Both the position numbers and the translations under genes were made by a program. This document shows, piece by piece, positions 16,831 to 21,270 of a stretch of 21,270 nt of DNA. The stretch is from Promethearchaeota archaeon. Its GTDB lineage: Archaea > Asgardarchaeota > Lokiarchaeia > Sigyniarchaeales > SOKP01. The notes under the pieces were generated by a model that saw only the letters and a program-made list of their open reading frames with translations, ran no database searches and had not been told where the DNA came from. The stretch covers positions 1 to 21,270 of the forward strand of contig SDNY01000061.1 of the NCBI GenBank assembly GCA_004524535.1. The letters run 5' to 3'. How positions within the stretch are numbered: position 1 is the stretch's first letter; each line of letters opens with the position of its first letter.

Positions 16831-17937
16831 TCACTTTTTCCTTTCTATTATTAATTCTTTCTCAAAAAAACCAGATTCAATGATATCTTGCCGTCTCCCA
16901 TCCAATTTTGTGTATAACTCAAAAGGAAAATTATTTTCTGCACTTTTTTTGTTATTTTTTTTAAAACTCATTATTCTTTTACGTGTGAGATATATCGAGT
17001 ACTCAGAAATATCGCATCCAATCCATTTTCTACTTAGTTTTTCAGCAGCTAATAATGTTGTCCCTGAACCACAAAAAAAATCTGCTATTAAATCACCCTT
17101 ATTACTTCCTAATTTTATTATTCGCTCAAGTAATTGGTGATGCTTCTGAGTAGGAAACCCTGTCCATTCTTTAGATGCGGGTTGCATACAAGGAATTTTC
17201 CACACATCATCCATTTTTTTATCCTTCACGATACGGTATACCACATGACCATCTTCACCTTTTACATTCTTTAAAACTCCATTAACCATTTCTCTTTTAA
17301 GTTGTTTCCTCGGTTTTTTACGTGGCATTCTTAATTCATTAAAAGTATAATCAGATGTTTTAGAATATACTAAAATATCGTCATGTGCCCGGGGGAGGTT
17401 CTTTTTCCCAGCGGAATATTTATTATAATAGTACCAAATAATATTATTAATAAAATTCTCTTGTCCAAATACTTCATCCAATACCAATTTGATATAGTGG
17501 CTGGCATGCCAATCTAAATGAATAAATAATAAACCAGTGTTCGTCAATAATTTATGAAATAAAACGATTCTTTTATGTAGCATTTGTAAATAAGAGTCAA
17601 AATCCTTTTCCCATTTGTCAAAGTAGGCTACGGTTTCATAATCTTTATCGGCTTCTTTAACTTGGATATTATAATTAGATCCGGAAAAAAAAGGGGGATC
17701 TATGTATATTAAATCTATTTTTTCTTCAAAATCATTTAATAGATAATATAAAACTTCTAAATTCTCGCCCCAAAATAATTTATTTTTCCATTTGTTTGAA
17801 TTTTTTTCTTTTTTAGCGTGTATTTCATAAAAACTTGATAATATATCAATTTTCTTAAAATAACTCAAATATTTCTTCTTTAACTTCTCTATATCGTTTG
17901 TTATATTATTTTTATCTTCCCAGACTAATTTAACCAT
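16831..17937 (-). CDS. Site-specific DNA methyltransferase (N6A/N4C, beta class, type III Mod-like)
   Basis: MVKLVW..K N-terminus, IDLIYIDPPF (motif IV) preceding FPTQK and DFFCGSGTT (motif I). Confidence 0.92.
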   Translation of the reverse strand: MVKLVWEDKNNITNDIEKLKKKYLSYFKKIDILSSFYEIHAKKEKNSNKWKNKLFWGENLEVLYYLLNDFEEKIDLIYIDPPFFSGSNYNIQVKEADKDYETVAYFDKWEKDFDSYLQMLHKRIVLFHKLLTNTGLLFIHLDWHASHYIKLVLDEVFGQENFINNIIWYYYNKYSAGKKNLPRAHDDILVYSKTSDYTFNELRMPRKKPRKQLKREMVNGVLKNVKGEDGHVVYRIVKDKKMDDVWKIPCMQPASKEWTGFPTQKHHQLLERIIKLGSNKGDLIADFFCGSGTTLLAAEKLSRKWIGCDISEYSIYLTRKRIMSFKKNNKKSAENNFPFELYTKLDGRRQDIIESGFFEKELIIERKK

Positions 17938-18054
17938 AATTATTTAAAGCTTCAATATTGATTTTAATCCAAACAAGATAATTGTTAATATATAATTTAT
18001 AGATTATTATAGTTAAAAAAAAATATTGAAGTTTGCTAATATTAATCAAATAAG

Positions 18055-18855
18055 ATGGTTAAAATACAAATTGGATGTGCAGGATGGGACTACAAAGACT
18101 GGGTTGGTCCATTTTACCCTAAAAGACTTGAGAAATATCGTCATTTGGAATATTACGCAAAATATTTCGATTTAACTGAAATAAATACTACATTCTATAA
18201 TCTTCCTACTGAAGAAACAGTTTATAAGTGGGCAAATCGCGTTCCAGAAACCTTTTGCTATATTGTAAAAGTATGGCAAGAAATTACACATAAATTAAAT
18301 GATCCAGAGATAGAATCTCGTCTAGCACAATTTTTTTATCGAATACAACTTCTACGTGAGAAAATTATTGCTTTCCTGTTTCAATTTCCCCCTTGGTTTA
18401 AATATACTGATAAGCATTTAAAACGGTTAATTTGGTTGCTTAATGAAATTCCCTCAGAATATCAGTACATCATTGAATTACGAGATAATTCATGGTTTGA
18501 CCCTAAAATCCTTTCGAACTTCATAGATGGTTCTCAAAAAATTCTTGGAACTTCATATATACCATATACAAAACCATATTACCTTCCTAATCAACAATAT
18601 TACTATATAAGACTTATTGGAGATCGAGAACTCACGGTTTTTAATCGAGTTCAAAGAGAACAAAAAGAAGCATTGAGCCACTTAAATGAAAGTGTTAATA
18701 AGGTGATAAAAGAACCGAATATAAACGAGATATTCATCATTGTTAATAACCATTTCGCAGGCTTTGCTCCTGCATCTGCAAATGAAATTAAAAAGCGATT
18801 TGGTTTAATATTCCATAGATTTAATCAACAAAAAAAATTGTCTGACTTTCTTTAA
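18055..18855 (+). CDS. DUF72 (YecE-like) protein
   Basis: IGCAGWDYKDWVGPFYP, EINTTFY, LFQFPP, ELRDNSW, YIRLIG and NNHFAGFAP motifs. Confidence 0.92.
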   Translation: MVKIQIGCAGWDYKDWVGPFYPKRLEKYRHLEYYAKYFDLTEINTTFYNLPTEETVYKWANRVPETFCYIVKVWQEITHKLNDPEIESRLAQFFYRIQLLREKIIAFLFQFPPWFKYTDKHLKRLIWLLNEIPSEYQYIIELRDNSWFDPKILSNFIDGSQKILGTSYIPYTKPYYLPNQQYYYIRLIGDRELTVFNRVQREQKEALSHLNESVNKVIKEPNINEIFIIVNNHFAGFAPASANEIKKRFGLIFHRFNQQKKLSDFL

Positions 18856-18944
18856 CGTAAATCTTTTTGTAGATGTTTAATTGAAATTATAAATATTTTC
18901 GAATTTTAATAAATTTATAAAATCAAAAAAAAATAGGATTGAAT

Positions 18945-19946
18945 ATGGGCCTTTCAGGATTATCAAGACTTTTTAAAAAAAATTATAGAATTTTTTTAAT
19001 AATTGTACTATGGCTTTTAATTGGAATTTCTATTGCGGCTTTTAATATCTTTTGGGGATTGCTTATCTTAACACCATTAATCCCGCTCTGTATTGTTTTA
19101 TGCGCATTATCCTTGCTTATAGATTTAAGAGAAATGAAATTGCTAACTTTTATTATTGTTATTATTATTACAGCGATCTTAGTTTACTTCTTCTTTATAT
19201 TTCGTAATAGAATCGTTCCATTTTTATTTTCTTTAGCAATAATAAGCTATATTATAATAACAGCTTTATTTACTCTTTATGCTTGCTATGAAGGGGGTAG
19301 AAATTTAGATGAATTTATTTACACAAAGTTTCCCAGCCCTACACATCATATATTTAGATGGTTAGAATTCGCAGGTGGTATAGCTTTAGGTCTTTTAATC
19401 ATTTGGGCGACATATATTTTTACAGGTGCTCAATTAAACCTTATCACATTGATTATTTTTATTACTATTTTAGTGTTAGCGGGTATTGCTGTTCTATTGA
19501 TATTAACGGGAAAATTTAATGCTTGGCTTGGAACTTTCTCTCTTTATGCTGGAATTTATTTTGCATATTTAGTTGTTGCTTTTCTTTATGGCCCTACGCT
19601 AATTCAACAGGGAGGTATTTATCCAATAATGATTGTTATCATTTTTGCTGTATTTGATATAATCATTTTACTCTATACAATTGGCGTTTTAGTGGGCGAA
19701 AGGGCAGATCTCATTAGCAAGAAAATTAAAATAGGGCCAGATACTATTCTCATGTGGTTAATTTTTTCGAAAGCCGCTTATGAACTTGCGAAATTACTCG
19801 ATCCTTCAACTATTTCATTCAAATATTGGTGGGTACTTATTATCTTTATTTTATTATTAGGGATAGTTGGCTTCATAGGAATAATAAAGTACAAGAAGTT
19901 TAAGACAGCTATAAAAAGAAAAAGAACTAGGAGAAAGGGGAAATAG
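18945..19946 (+). CDS. Polytopic membrane protein of unknown function
   Basis: About 9-10 hydrophobic segments and a basic C-terminal tail. ATG 18945 lies 6 nt after AGGA (alternative start TTG 18939). Confidence 0.75.
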   Translation: MGLSGLSRLFKKNYRIFLIIVLWLLIGISIAAFNIFWGLLILTPLIPLCIVLCALSLLIDLREMKLLTFIIVIIITAILVYFFFIFRNRIVPFLFSLAIISYIIITALFTLYACYEGGRNLDEFIYTKFPSPTHHIFRWLEFAGGIALGLLIIWATYIFTGAQLNLITLIIFITILVLAGIAVLLILTGKFNAWLGTFSLYAGIYFAYLVVAFLYGPTLIQQGGIYPIMIVIIFAVFDIIILLYTIGVLVGERADLISKKIKIGPDTILMWLIFSKAAYELAKLLDPSTISFKYWWVLIIFILLLGIVGFIGIIKYKKFKTAIKRKRTRRKGK

Positions 19947-20091
19947 AACAACTTTTAATTCTAATAAATTCTTTTCTATTTTTTTTTCAGAGTTAATAAT
20001 GTAAGAAATTAATTAATAAGTTTTATAAAATAAATATTTTGAATTTATTAGCTTCCACTATTATTCATAAAACAGTAGAATATGCTTTTAA

Positions 20092-21177
20092 TTAAACTAA
20101 ATTTTGGACAAATTGGCTAATTTTTTTTATTGCTTCCTCTGCTTCAGGTAATACGTGCAATCCGAATCCTTGAAAGACATGAACCATATCATCCCATATT
20201 TGTAGTTCCACATCAACCCCTGCTTCTTTAGCTTTTTCAAAAAAACGTTTAATCTCACTATAAAGCACTTCACATGAACTTGCTTGGATTAATATCGGCG
20301 GTAATCCTGTTAAATCCCCAAATACAGGAGAGATCAACGGATCTCGAGAATTTTTTCCTGCTATGTAAATATAGGCCCACCAATAAATTCCGAGATCGGC
20401 TAAAATTGGATCTGTTTCACCATTTTTAATAAATAAATCATCAAGCCTTGAAATATCTTCTGTAAATGAAAGATCTGTGGCTGGTGAGATTGGTATTGCT
20501 CCAGCGGGTAAAGGAATTTCATCATCTCGTAATTTTATAAGTGTTGCGAGTGTTAAATTTCCCCCCGCAGAATCTCCTGAAATGATTATATTCTCGGATT
20601 TTATATTATTCAATAACAACCATTTGTATACTGCAACACAATCTTCTAATGCTGCGGGGAATGGATGCTCAGGTGCAAGCCTGTAATCAACGCTTAAAAC
20701 ATACATTTTAGTTGCCTTGGCTATCTCAGTGGTAAGTAATCGGCAGGTGTTGGGAGACCCCATAATCCAGCCCCCTCCATGGAAGTATAATAAGACTCTG
20801 CTCTTTTCAGCTCCAGGGACGATTTGCCACTCCGCAGGAATGCCGTTGACATTAATTTTTTCTATTTTTACATCATCAGGTATGGGGTGTTTTTTTTGTG
20901 CTATTGTTGCACCATGCTCGAATGCGTGTCGAAGTAATTTTGCCATAAAGAGTCTTTCTTTTTCTGTCAATAAATTATTTAGTTCCTCGACGCTTTTTTC
21001 TCTTTTAAAAAACAGTTCATTTGCATCCATGACTTTTTTAAAGAGAGTCAGGAAATTAAATTCTTTATTCTCTTCTCTATTTATAAATTCAATGATGCCT
21101 TTCATTTGCTCCTTAAAAACATCATCGTAGAGTTTGAGCACATCTGGTCGAATTTTTGATCTATTTAAAATGGGCAT
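20092..21177 (-). CDS. Alpha/beta hydrolase, hormone-sensitive-lipase family esterase
   Basis: HGGG oxyanion motif, DYRLAPEHPFPAALED, GDSAGG nucleophile elbow, HVF catalytic His. Confidence 0.93.
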   Translation of the reverse strand: MPILNRSKIRPDVLKLYDDVFKEQMKGIIEFINREENKEFNFLTLFKKVMDANELFFKREKSVEELNNLLTEKERLFMAKLLRHAFEHGATIAQKKHPIPDDVKIEKINVNGIPAEWQIVPGAEKSRVLLYFHGGGWIMGSPNTCRLLTTEIAKATKMYVLSVDYRLAPEHPFPAALEDCVAVYKWLLLNNIKSENIIISGDSAGGNLTLATLIKLRDDEIPLPAGAIPISPATDLSFTEDISRLDDLFIKNGETDPILADLGIYWWAYIYIAGKNSRDPLISPVFGDLTGLPPILIQASSCEVLYSEIKRFFEKAKEAGVDVELQIWDDMVHVFQGFGLHVLPEAEEAIKKISQFVQNLV

Positions 21178-21270
21178 TATTTATATAATCTCTAATAATT
21201 TAGAATTTATACTTATAAAATTGAAATAAGGATCAATTGCTTATAATTATTTATTTAAGAATAGGAAAAA

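Noticed and set aside
3900-17937. Giant-protein nuclease and the MTase as a restriction-modification pair
   Set aside because: They are about 12 kb apart, separated by unrelated genes, and the nuclease is fused to a membrane-associated giant protein.
6084-21130. Short plus-strand ORFs at 6084, 7864, 12672, 13520, 16880, 20477 and 20717
   Set aside because: Each lies wholly or mostly antisense to a well-supported gene and has no motifs of its own.
1-21270. CRISPR array, IS element, rRNA or integrase
   Set aside because: No regularly spaced repeats, terminal inverted repeats, transposase or tyrosine-recombinase motifs, or rRNA-like stretch were seen.

Overview
AT-rich archaeal window, most likely Asgard archaea (Lokiarchaeia-like). 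Evidence for this is an intronless tRNA-Gln with an A1-U72 pair and no encoded CCA, AGGTGA/G-type RBSs, a plant/Loki-type LRR protein, a PCI/DDRGK-like winged-helix array protein and a Par14-like parvulin. The left 5.2 kb is the most unusual part. It holds the 3' end of a giant ORF, open at the window edge, built like a polymorphic toxin: an acidic body, three Gly/Ala-rich hydrophobic segments, an embedded ubiquitin-like domain, then an AT-richer basic tip with two helical repeats, a Zn ribbon and a Vsr/DUF559-type (EYDGxQH) nuclease. A small co-oriented ORF follows (candidate immunity protein) whose stop codon lies in the anticodon loop of tRNA-Gln(CTG). The rest is mostly housekeeping or accessory genes: Zn-ribbon/LRR protein, frameshifted parvulin, RHH regulator, Zn-finger/winged-helix/appendage protein, RcnA/UreH-like transporter, hisA (apparent ATA start), surface protein, GT87, sugar isomerase, a MenA1/MenT1-like toxin-antitoxin pair, an orphan DNA methyltransferase, DUF72, a membrane protein and an HSL-family esterase. 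All family calls come from motif recognition by eye; no database search was run.
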